Positions 1 through 10,085 of a DNA stretch of 64,000 nt are shown piece by piece (the first letter of the stretch is position 1; each line of letters starts with the position of its first letter). A program made the translations under genes and the position numbers. Source of the stretch: Octopus bimaculoides (Eukaryota). The stretch lies in the NCBI RefSeq assembly GCF_001194135.2, contig NC_068985.1, positions 121,665,734 through 121,729,733 of the forward strand, given 5' to 3'. Under the pieces are notes generated by a model. The model made no database searches, was not told where the DNA came from, and worked only from the letters and a program-made list of their open reading frames with translations.

Positions 1-589
1 CTCACGTCACACAGTTGTTAATGTTTATTTCAGTTGGGTCACGCCCTTCCAATTGCTATAGATCCGTAATGCATCTTACGGCTGTGCCTGTCACCTGTAT
101 GGTGAGAAAATGACTAGGGTAGGGTAGCTGACTGCTTATTGTGATCATTCGTCTTTTGGTTTCCTGTAGCTTTGCTCTCTTTTACAATCCCAGTGAACAT
201 ACATATATTTCCTATTTCAAAGAAATACAAACAATAGATATAACACCCAAGTCAAAAAGATTCTCAACAATTCAACTTCTCTGGTTGACATTAAGACACC
301 CACCCCAATAGGGGCCTTCACTCCCACACTTTAAAGCTCCATGACCTCCATTTTTCAGAAGCAATATCCTTTTAACAGGTTCCGTAAGACTGGAATTTTG
401 GACTCTGTACATAAAGATCAGTAGTATGGGATACTTGTGCCATGATTAGAATTTTTTTAGGGTGCATAAAGAGGGAAAGAAACCTCATCTGCAATTTTGA
501 TGAAATTCGAATCATAGGTATCCCAGTTCATTAGAGAAAATATAACAAAAAAGTCTAATTCTTCCATTGCATATGTAACACAGGCAACA

Positions 590-1247
590 CTCTGTTAGTC
601 CTCTATAAATTTCTAAAGCGGAACATCCACTGATCCCATTGTCCGACTGGTAGAGGTTTGTGAGCTCCTGACGACATTCTAGGTCCCAAGTGCCAAGTCT
701 TGGTCTTTTCTTCACTCAGGACTGAGGCTCTGTCAATGAGACAAGCTGTGGAAAGACAAACCTCACAAATGGAGCCCACACACACTCACCGTCCAGAAAT
801 CGTTTCAGGTGGCATAACCTAAGCGCGTGTCTGCGCATTATGAGCCATAGCATACCTAATCCGCCTCTCAGAGGATGCTGGCAACAGACTGACTATCTGA
901 CTATTGGAACGCATCCCTTTTACAAGTACTTAAATGAGAAGCATTCCAATCTGGTCTAGCAGTAACCAGGACAAGGCACGATGGTCAGGTGATAAATGAT
1001 TACAGAGACAATATAAGCATTCGCCACCTCTGCCCTACTTTTCAGGGACAGCTTTCTTTCAGCCCATTTCTGGGTAAGACTGGCCACTCTGTTTGCCACC
1101 TTGTCCCAGTTCTTATCAGCCTGGAGATCGGGACCAAATCAGACACTTTAACTGGTCCGTCAGTCCAGAGTCCGACGACATCATCCTGCCTTTCTAGGAG
1201 CCCAACCACAAACCAACTGATTTGCTGGCGTTTATTTTAGCCCCTGC
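590..1247 (-). mobile_element. Degenerate L1/Tx1-clade LINE fragment (RT C-terminal/post-RT region)
   Basis: Minus-strand translation with stops and frameshifts: AKINASKSVGLWLG, KNWDKVANRVASLTQKWAERKLSLKSRAEVANAYI, KKRPRLGTWDLECRQ. Confidence 0.75.
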
Positions 1248-1994
1248 TAAAATAAAATATTTATATATAAATATNNNNNNNNNNNNNNNNNNNNNNNNNN
1301 NNNNNNNNNNNNNNNNNNNNNNNNNNNNNNNNNNNNNNNNNNNNNNNNNNNNNNNNNNNNNNNNNNNNNNNNNNNNNNNNNNNNNNNNNNNNNNNNNNNN
1401 NNNNNNNNNNNNNNNNNNNNNNNNNNNNNNNNNNNNNNNNNNNNNNNNNNNNNNNNNNNNNNNNNNNNNNNNNNNNNNNNNNNNNNNNNNNNNNNNNNNN
1501 NNNNNNNNNNNNNNNNNNNNNNNNNNNNNNNNNNNNNNNNNNNNNNNNNNNNNNNNNNNNNNNNNNNNNNNNNNNNNNNNNNNNNNNNNNNNNNNNNNNN
1601 NNNNNNNNNNNNNNNNNNNNNNNNNNNNNNNNNNNNNNNNNNNNNNNNNNNNNNNNNNNNNNNNNNNNNNNNNNNNNNNNNNNNNNNNNNNNNNNNNNNN
1701 NNNNNNNNNNNNNNNNNNNNNNNNNNNNNNNNNNNNNNNNNNNNNNNNNNNNNNNNNNNNNNNNNNNNNNNNNNNNNNNNNNNNNNNNNNNNNNNNNNNN
1801 NNNNNNNNNNNNNNNNNNNNNNNNNNNNNNNNNNNNNNNNNNNNNNNNNNNNNNNNNNNNNNNNNNNNNNNNNNNNNNNNNNNNNNNNNNNNNNNNNNNN
1901 NNNNNNNNNNNNNNNNNNNNNNNNNNNNNNNNNNNNNNNNNNNNNNNNNNNNNNNNNNNNNNNNNNNNATATATATAAAGGTATATATTTATCA

Positions 1995-2216
1995 GTGTGT
2001 ATTTGTGTCTCTGTTTGCCCCCCGCCACCTCCAATGCTTGACAACCGATGTTGGTGTGTTTATGTCCCCATAACTTGGTGGTTCAGCAGAAGAAATCAAT
2101 AGAATAAGCACCGGGCTTACAAAGAATAAGTCTAGTGGTGGATTTCTTCAACTAAAAGGCAGTACTCCAACATGGCCACACTCAAACGACTGAAACACAT
2201 AAAACAGTAAAAGAGT
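1995..2216 (+). mobile_element. 3' half of tRNA-derived SINE (family A in this window)
   Basis: Shares tail 'gatagaataagtactaggcttacaaagaataagtcctggggtcga...ggcggtgctccagcatgg...ctgaaac..gtaaaagag' with copies at 12624-12856 and 13894-14128. Confidence 0.85.
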
Positions 2217-2237
2217 AATATATATATATATATCCGC

Positions 2238-2692
2238 CTGTGAAGACTTGTTGAGGCAAGTCAAATCGAAATTGAACTAAATTTGACGACTTGCACCCAC
2301 GCCAATGTCATCTCCTTCATTGGACATGAAACTCTACTTGCGAAAGTGAAATCGTGATGGCACCTGTGCCCAGCGTCGCCTTCCTGGCACTTGTTGTGCC
2401 AGTAGCACATGTAAAGACATTCAAGTAAGATCGTTGCCAGTGCCGCTGGACTGGCTCCTGTGTAGGTGGCACATAAAATACACCATTTTGAGCGTGGCCA
2501 CTGCCAGTACCACATAAAAGCACCCACTACACTCTCTGAGTGGTTGGCGTTAGGAAGGGCATCCAGCTGTTGAAACTCTGCCAGATCAGATTGGAGCCTG
2601 GCGCAGCCATCTGGTTCACCGGTCCTCAGTCAAATCGTCCAACCCATGCTAGCATGGAAAGTGGACGTTAAACGATGATGATAATGATGATA
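2238..2692 (+). mobile_element. RTE LINE-type 3' UTR/tail copy ending in (GAT)n
   Basis: 'gtggttggcgttaggaagggcatccagctg...aacccatgctagcatggaaa..ggacgttaaacgatgatgat' recurs at 37581-37705, 46340-46447, 52420-52605, 31310-31440 and 49260-49430. Confidence 0.8.
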
Positions 2693-2933
2693 TATACATA
2701 TATATATATATATATATGGAGGTTATGAGAGGTAATGGTGTCAATAAGACTCAAAGGTGTCAGGTAATGGTGAGTAAGTGCTATGGACAGACCATAGTTA
2801 AGCTCCAGGTTTGGTGATTATTCAAATAAAGAGTCCAACGTAGGTCATATATCAGCATGTAAATATATAAAAAAAATTTTTTTCAGAATGAGATAAAAAT
2901 CCAAGGCTGTGAAGATTTTACAGCTCTTAACAG

Positions 2934-2981
2934 GTCTTACAGCTGTTTCCAGGATATTTATCATATCCCTTCATCAGAGAC
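2934..2981 (-). ncRNA. Minimal type I hammerhead ribozyme motif
   Basis: GUCU-CUGAUGA-AGGGAUAU(gauaa)AUAUCCUG-GAA-ACAGCUGU-A-AGAC: stem I GUCU/AGAC, intact CUGAUGA and GAAA core, palindromic stem III, GUA cleavage triplet. The stem II closing pair is a non-canonical A.G. Confidence 0.7.
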
Positions 2982-3027
2982 GGTGTGAAAAAATAGTTAA
3001 AGCAATAGTTTTCCATTTTCTCACACC

Positions 3028-3075
3028 ATCTCCGATGAAGGGATATAATAAATATCCTGGAAACAGCTGTAAGAC
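3028..3075 (+). ncRNA. Second (mutated) hammerhead motif
   Basis: AUCU-CCGAUGA-AGGGAUAU(aauaa)AUAUCCUG-GAA-ACAGCUGU-A-AGAC; core U4->C change. Confidence 0.5.
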
Positions 3076-3142
3076 CTTCTATTTATAAATGTTCTAAAAT
3101 CTTCACAGCCTTGGTTTTTTATCTCATTGTGAAAAAATTTTT

Positions 3143-3173
3143 TATATATATATATATATTTATGTATATATGG

Positions 3174-3264
<91 letters not shown>

Positions 3265-3266
3265 TT
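3143..3266. repeat. Compound microsatellite (TA)n(GA)n(GATA)n
   Basis: Directly visible. Many other (TA)n, (CA)n, (GA)n and (TATG)n tracts occur across the window, often next to N gaps. Confidence 0.95.
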
Positions 3267-5242
3267 GTGGTGCAGAAATCTTCTTGCCACGTTCCGTTAA
3301 AGGAATTAAATAATACTCTTTCAGTAAGTCAAACTTACTTACATATTTGGCTTGACCAATTCTATCTATACTGTCATCAATTCTTGGTATGGGGTATGAA
3401 TCTGTCTTAGACAAAGACTTCACATGCTTCAGGTCTGTACAACACCAAAAAGTACCATCAGGCTTCGGTACTAGGATGCACAGTGACCTCCACTCACTGT
3501 CACTTGGTTCAATGATGTTATTTTCCAGCATGTAGTTGACCTCTTTTTGGAGATATTCCAACTTGAGTGGGTTAAATCAATAAAGATGTTGTTTAACAGG
3601 TTTTGAATTACCAACATCAATAGCATGACTAACTAAATCGGTATCACCAGGTACATCTGGAAATAAATGTACATATTCATGAAGAAAACCTGACAATTGA
3701 CATTGTTGTTCTGAAGTAAGGTGAGCTCTCTTTTCATGAATATTTGCTAACACTTCAGAATTTTTTAAACTTGGGTTAACCTTCTCGGCCAAATCATCAA
3801 ATTTCAAATGCTCACATTCTTTTTTCAACTTGTCTGAATCATGACCAATAGGAAAGGCAATAGCAATGACTTTTGGTGGCACACTTTTAGACCTGCCATC
3901 ATACTTTTTGACAATGTTCATGTGACAAAGCCATTTTTATTTTCGACGGCCTGGAGTTTAAACAATGTAGTCAGTATCACTGACTTTCTTATCAATCAAA
4001 TATGGATCATATTTGGCTCTAAATGGTTGACCAGGAATGGATAGTAACACTAAGACCTTGTCGCCAGGACTGAAATTTTGAGCTTTACAGTTTTTGTCAT
4101 AAACGGCTTTCATTTTGTCCTGTGATTTCTTCAAATTTTCTCTGGTAACGTCAGTAGCTTTGGAAAGTCTATTTCGAAAAGTAGACACATAGTCCAGCAA
4201 GTTCAATTGTGATTGGTCATTAAGCCATAATTCTTTCAAGTGTTTGAGTGGGCCCCTGACAGTGTGACCAAAAACTAACTCAAAGGGACTAAATCCTAAT
4301 GACTCCTGAACTAACTCTCTAACGGCAAACAACAACAACTGAATGCATTCATCCCAAGAGTCTGATGAAATCTTTCCAATGCCCCTTGGGAATCTGTATG
4401 GTAAGCAGTAGACTTAACCTGTCTAATTCCCAACTCATACATTGCCTTTCGAAACAAACTTGACATGAAATTAGAACCTTGATCAGACTGAACCTCTTTA
4501 GGCAAACCAACCATAGTGAGAAACTTGATCAAAGCCTTAACTATCACAGGAGCTGTAATCTTCCTCAATGGGATAGCCTCAGGGAACCTCATTGATGCGC
4601 ACATAATTGTCAACAGATACTGATTTCCAGACTTAGTTTTTGGCAATGTGCCAATACAATCAATAATGACTCTACTGAATGGCTCTTCAAATGTGGGAAT
4701 GGGCTTTAATGCGGCAGGAGGGGTTTTCTGATTGGGCTTTCCTACCCCTTGACAAACATGACAAGTCTTACAAAACTGTGACACATCCTGATGCAATCTA
4801 GGCCAAAAGAAATGAGCCGAAATCCTATCACAAGTTTTGTTAACTCTGAAATGACCTGCTAATGGAGTGTCATGAGCCAAACTGATTACATGTTTACGAT
4901 AAACTTGAGGAACAACAATTTGATTAAATACTTTCCATTCATCCTCAGCAGAAACTTCTGTCAGTCTCCATTTTCTCATCAAAACACTATCTTGGTTGTA
5001 ATAACAGGAACCTTAACAGCCTCATTGTTGGAAAGTGCTCGGCAAGCCAGTGTTATTTCAGGATCATCACCCTGAGATGAAATGAGCTGCAAATGAGTGA
5101 GTACAGGGTCGGGCCCCGAAAACTGAACTGTACTGCTCGGAACAAAAGTACTCTCACTTAAAAAGGAATCCTGTAGAGAATGATCCATAAAAGATCCAGC
5201 AAGATCATAAAGGTGCATGCGTGTATGTATGCAACAATACAA
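3267..5242 (-). mobile_element. Gypsy (Gmr1-like) pol remnant: integrase followed by N-terminal RT
   Basis: ORFs 4311-4982 (zinc-binding H...H...C..C, IIDCIG, VQSDQGSNF, STAYH..SQGALERFH), 3958-4338, 3577-3921 and 3160-3561 (IIEPSDSEW...DGTF..CTD....N/S...KTDSYPIPRIDD..D.IG.AKY.SKFDLLK.Y). Frameshifts present; truncated at a (GATA)/(GA)/(TA) microsatellite. Confidence 0.9.
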
Positions 5243-5370
5243 ACATTTTCAAAGTGAACAAAAGAAAGTACATGCAAAATATAAATAATAACATAGAACA
5301 TTCAAAAAAAGATATGCACATGAATTTAGCTGTTTTGGTGAAACGAGTCGTAGCAGAAATTGTGCATCAC

Positions 5371-5521
5371 AGAGGAATGTGTGCATCGTGGAATGTGTGC
5401 GTCATGGAATGTGTGCATCCCGGAATGTGCATCATGGAATGTGTGCATCGCGGAATATGTGCATCGTGGAATATGTGCTTTGCGGAATGTGTGCATCGCA
5501 GAATGTGCTTCGCGGTATATG
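5371..5521. repeat. About 16-bp minisatellite (ggaatgtgtgcatcgc-like, roughly 9 units) between LTR and pol
   Basis: Visible tandem repeat; it explains the Cys/Met/His-rich ORFs 5221-5594. Confidence 0.8.
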
Positions 5522-6212
5522 TAACTCGTCAACAAATAAAAGTGTGCAGTGCAAACAAAACAATACAATAAGCAAAAGTAACAAACTTAACTGAAAATAA
5601 CATCCTTTGTGAAAAGTCTACTGCTGAAAGTGAAAAGAAAATGTGCATGCAAAGAAAAAGAGTTGTTGAAAGTCTATGTGAGAGTCTGACGTACGTGCAA
5701 AAGTTCATAGCCATTGCAAGGCCTGTACGTCGGGACAAGACGAAAAACCTGTGTGTGTGCCGAAAAGGTTGCATGTGCTGGCTTCCGTATTTTCTTCCAG
5801 TTAGTTTCTGGGCATGTAGCTGTCAAAATGTTGCGCTTATAGGCTTTCATGCTCGGCAAAGTCTTGTGTGTCGGCAGTGTTGCATCGTTGTGAAGTGCAT
5901 TGCAGTATAGAGCTTTCTGTAGCAGGTCAATGGAGGGTGCATCGTGGTGATGATGAAGGTTGACATTCCTATTTATTGGTTTAGCGACTGTTGATATCCT
6001 AATTCTTTAGATTGAATCAGCAAAAATGCAGAAGGTAGTAATTCTTTCGCTCGGGGTTGACAGTTGTGACTGTTGGTAATGCCATTTCAGAAGGCAGCAA
6101 TTCTTTTTTTTTTTTTCACGGGGTGACCAATTGTAACGATAAATGTTAGAGTCGGAGGTTACCAATTGTAACGATAATGTTTTTGGTTGTATAATTTTGC
6201 GTAGTTACCAAT

Positions 6213-6988
6213 TGTAACGGTTGTAAGATGAACGATGAACAGTGATCGAAGTTGTAAAGAAATATTTATTTACCGTTACTTTAATAAGTGGCATACCACG
6301 ACGGGTAGGTTAGTGTAATAGTATAATACAGTTCGTAAAGCATGCAAGGTAAAGAAAGATAATTACGGCCTGTATATGTGTGTACACGATCTTGTAGTAG
6401 TAAATAGTCAGAGATATGGTAATGTTACAGAGAAAAGAAAGTGAGCTAGTGAAGGTTGTAGAGTGTGGGACGTTGTGTCTCATAGTTGTCTGGTTGTAAC
6501 CTTCTTTCTCCCTCTGGTCGTTTTGTCTTTAGTGGCTGCCTGCTTGTGACTACATCTCTAGATGTCCTTTCACTAACTAATTGAGTTGTCACTAGCTGCT
6601 TCACTCTGTTGTCACCAAGTGAATACTGCTCGTTGAGTCGTCACCGACTGGTGACTAAACTGGTTGAGTCACCATTAACTGCTGACTAAACTAGTTGAGT
6701 TGTCACCGACTGGTGACTAAACTAAATTTTTCTCGGGGTTTCCTTGTTTTTATAACAATCCAGAAGGATGGATATATTATTGAGAACAACAGTTTTAGTT
6801 GGTGGTCTTGTTATCTCTATTCTAGCTTTTGGTGATGTAGGAGAGGTTAGAAAGGGTCAAGTGGTGAAGGCATTGTTTTGGCCTAGCTAAAGGCATCTGG
6901 AAAATATTAAAAGTGTTGTCAGAGAAAAACTATTGTTCCACTTAAATTTGGCTATGGTGGATCGAATCCACTTCATGCATGCAAGATC

Positions 6989-6995
<7 letters not shown>
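6213..6995 (-). mobile_element. Probable 5' LTR (783 bp) of the Gypsy element
   Basis: On the minus strand it starts TGTAG and ends TTACA, with TATAAAAA near 6750 and AATAAA near 6267. It is followed immediately by a TGG-initiated PBS-like sequence and lies upstream of pol in the same orientation. No second LTR was seen. Confidence 0.65.
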
Positions 6996-7020
<25 letters not shown>

Positions 7021-7498
7021 ANNNNNNNNNNNNNNNNNNNNNNNNNNNNNNNNNNNNNNNNNNNNNNNNNNNNNNNNNNNNNNNNNNNNNNNNNNNNNNN
7101 NNNNNNNNNNNNNNNNNNNNNNNNNNNNNNNNNNNNNNNNNNNNNNNNNNNNNNNNNNNNNNNNNNNNNNNNNNNNNNNNNNNNNNNNNNNNNNNNNNNN
7201 NNNNNNNNNNNNNNNNNNNNNNNNNNNNNNNNNNNNNNNNNNNNNNNNNNNNNNNNNNNNNNNNNNNNNNNNNNNNNNNNNNNNNNNNNNNNNNNNNNNN
7301 NNNNNNNNNNNNNNNNNNNNNNNNNNNNNNNNNNNNNNNNNNNNNNNNNNNNNNNNNNNNNNNNNNNNNNNNNNNNNNNNNNNNNNNNNNNNNNNNNNNN
7401 NNNNNNNNNNNNNNNNNNNNNNNNNNNNNNNNNNNNNNNNNNNNNNNNNNNNNNNNNNNNNNNNNNNNNNNNNNNNNNNNNNNNNNNNNNNNNNNNNN

Positions 7499-7532
<34 letters not shown>

Positions 7533-7599
7533 TCTATCTATCTATCGGAACTATTCCATTTGACGGACAGATTTTTTAATTAATTTGTTTTAACTAAAC

Positions 7600-7700
7600 A
7601 CTTTGAAACTTCGGATACTGGTAGAATGTGTCACATAGAACAGGGTTCACTCTTAACGTTTTTGTATTTTAGAAGTTATTTCATGTTAAACCAACCAATG
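7600..7700 (+). repeat. Dispersed repeat shared with about 10470-10580
   Basis: 'aaacactttgaaactt..actggtagaatgtgtca.ata.aaca' and 'aagttatt.catgttaaa' occur at both sites; class unknown. Confidence 0.55.
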
Positions 7701-8595
7701 ACGTGTATTAGGCAGGAGAAAATTACTGCTGCTGTTTGCGAACAACAACTTCCGGGTCTACTCCCCTAACAAAACCCTTCTTTAATAACCAGAGATGTTT
7801 TTATAGCAACATAGCTTTATCAAGGTTGATTTGAGGTTTAATAACAAATTTATTACTGAGACAAACCAACGACAGAGCCTGTATGTGGTTGCATGACCTG
7901 CTAGAAAAAGTAACCAAACTTTTTATGTACAGAATAGAAAAACTTCTGACACATTCAACCAGTATCCGAAGTTTCAAACTTTAGTTAAAAAAGATTAATA
8001 AAAAAAACCCGTGACTTAGATTGACGTAGATCTTGTATGTATGTATGTATGTATGTATGTATGTATGTATACACACATGTATGTATGTATACACACATGT
8101 ATGTGTGCGCGTGTGTGTCACTGACGCCATTCACACATACATACATGCATACATAACCTCTCTCTCTCTCTTTTTCTCGCCATTGTTTTTAAAGTATCTA
8201 GTGCAAGAAAAAGAAACAAAGAGAGAAAATAGGTCGAGAAGGCGGGAAAGGAAGGATTCATAAATTTTCAAAAGGTTTCACAAGTGCTCGTCTATTACGA
8301 TTTCCTTTTAATCGTTAGGTGTATGTGTGGCTGTATATATATATGTGTGTGTGTGTGTGTGTAAATGTAAGAGACAGATAGACAGTGATAGGAGGGGTGA
8401 GAGTGGTACTGTGCGTGCGCGTAAGTGTGTTCTGTGTCACAGACGGAATCACTCAACTATTCAAACGACAACCTTTGTAAAGTTACTAATCTTCTATAAC
8501 GAAATCAATTCTTCTTCTCCCTTCCTGTTACACCCCAGACAGAGCTTGCTGGTCCGAATCGATTTTATAGTTAATAAAATTACAATACTCTACAG

Positions 8596-8859
8596 CAGGG
8601 GTTTTTAAACTGTGGTCCGCGGACCACAGGGGGTCTGTGGACAGCAAATACTTTTTATGGGCAATTTGATTTTATATATATTTTTTAATCGAAATCTTTT
8701 AATTGACAATAAACCTATTTGTTAAATACTGTTAAATAAGTAAATGTAAAAATATATGTTATTTTAAGCAAATATTTATGTATAAATTTCATAAGCGTTT
8801 ATAAGGGTAAAGTTTGAAATATAAAGGGGTCCGCAAGTCAAAAAGTTTGAAAACCCCTG
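8596..8859. mobile_element. hAT (Buster/Charlie-type) MITE, 264 bp
   Basis: TIRs CAGGGGTTTTTAAACT / AGTTTGAAAACCCCTG; perfect 8-bp TSD CTCTACAG at 8588-8595 and 8860-8867. Confidence 0.92.
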
Positions 8860-8891
8860 CTCTACAGTTTAATTCTTTTTTGTTACCACAA

Positions 8892-8946
<55 letters not shown>

Positions 8947-9754
8947 CACACACTCACTCACTCACTCTCTCACTCGAAGAAATATTTATATCGTGTTGCA
9001 CAGGCGTGAATAACGTATTACAACGCCCTGTGGTTATTCATTGACTAGAGCATATACAGAATTTAACTTAACACGCCATCGTATTAACCTCAGTACTTAA
9101 ATGAGGTGGAATAAATATCTCACAAGCCAACGAAGTTGCGCAATCCGCTAGAAAAACTTCCAAATCTCTTTCATACCACATTTGACTGCCTGAAGCAACG
9201 AAAAGGTATACACTGGCTATACTCCTAGATTTATTCTCTATGAATTCTATATGTATAGATAACCAGAGAAAGTGTGAAAGTGAAAACATGCAATAGCCGT
9301 GGCAGGAATGCTTCTAGTTATAGATCTGCTCGACGAGGAACTAAACTACAGAAACAGTTACGCAATATATGTAGATATGTAATAAAACAAAACCTGTCGA
9401 AATTCTAGGCCATCCCATCACAAGCGTCCATGACTTAATATTCATTTGTAAGTAACAAGTTTTTTCCTCGTTCATATTTTTAATCAATATATAATTTGTA
9501 TATACTAGCATACCCCTGTATGTTGACTAAATGATAGATTGTTGACTAAATGATAGATGAGACGTAGGTAAAGCGCGTGTATACCACCCATTCCGTTAAG
9601 TTTTTTTGTTTTTTTTCAAAACCAATTTGGTCAATATACAGTTTAAGCACCGGTCGCGAAAAAAAAAAAAGACAGCCTACTAGGTGTAAAAAAATGTGTA
9701 GAAAACTATTATAAAAACAAAAAATTGCGCAAACGAACGGAGTGGGTGCTGAGA

Positions 9755-10085
9755 GGACTTTCGGAAAATTCACACGATCCGATTTTTCCCTCATAGCTTT
9801 TAGGAAAATAAATATATATTGATGAAATTTTCTAGAAATACCGTTCAAATGGCACAAATTACGATTATAAAGAAATTTCTGAGGGAAATGTTTTCCGAAG
9901 GGGTGGGAAGAGGATTTTGGAAAATTCACGCGATCCCTCATAACTTTCAGGATCTAGTTTAGCGCCCGGTCACCAAAGCGAAAAACAAGAATCTAGTCGG
10001 TGTAAAATTTACTCAAACGAACCGAGGGGGAGGACTTTCGGAAAATTCACAAGATCCGATTTTCCCTTATAACTTTCAGGAAAAT
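9755..10085. repeat. Three diverged direct repeats 'ttcggaaaattcacacgatcc...cataactttcagg'
   Basis: Copies near 9758, 9915 and 10033; probably internal to an unclassified element. Confidence 0.6.

Larger units (their letters stand above)
2871..3142. repeat. Long inverted repeat (arms about 2871-2994 and 3014-3142) derived from a Penelope-like pseudo-LTR
   Basis: The arms are near-exact reverse complements over about 125 bp with a ~20-nt loop; each arm carries a hammerhead-like motif. Confidence 0.85.

Noticed and set aside
1222-2073. Long ORFs over N runs (also near 7000-7500, 11800-12680, 14080-14810, 40820-41200 and 56100-56580)
   Set aside because: Artefacts of assembly gaps translated as X.
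6045-6220. Repeat-spacer pattern considered as a CRISPR array
   Set aside because: Eukaryotic context, only 3-4 short degenerate units and no cas genes; better explained as LTR/PBS junction duplications.
9522-9558. Tandem duplication of gttgactaaatgatagat
   Set aside because: A simple 18-bp local duplication with no further structure.
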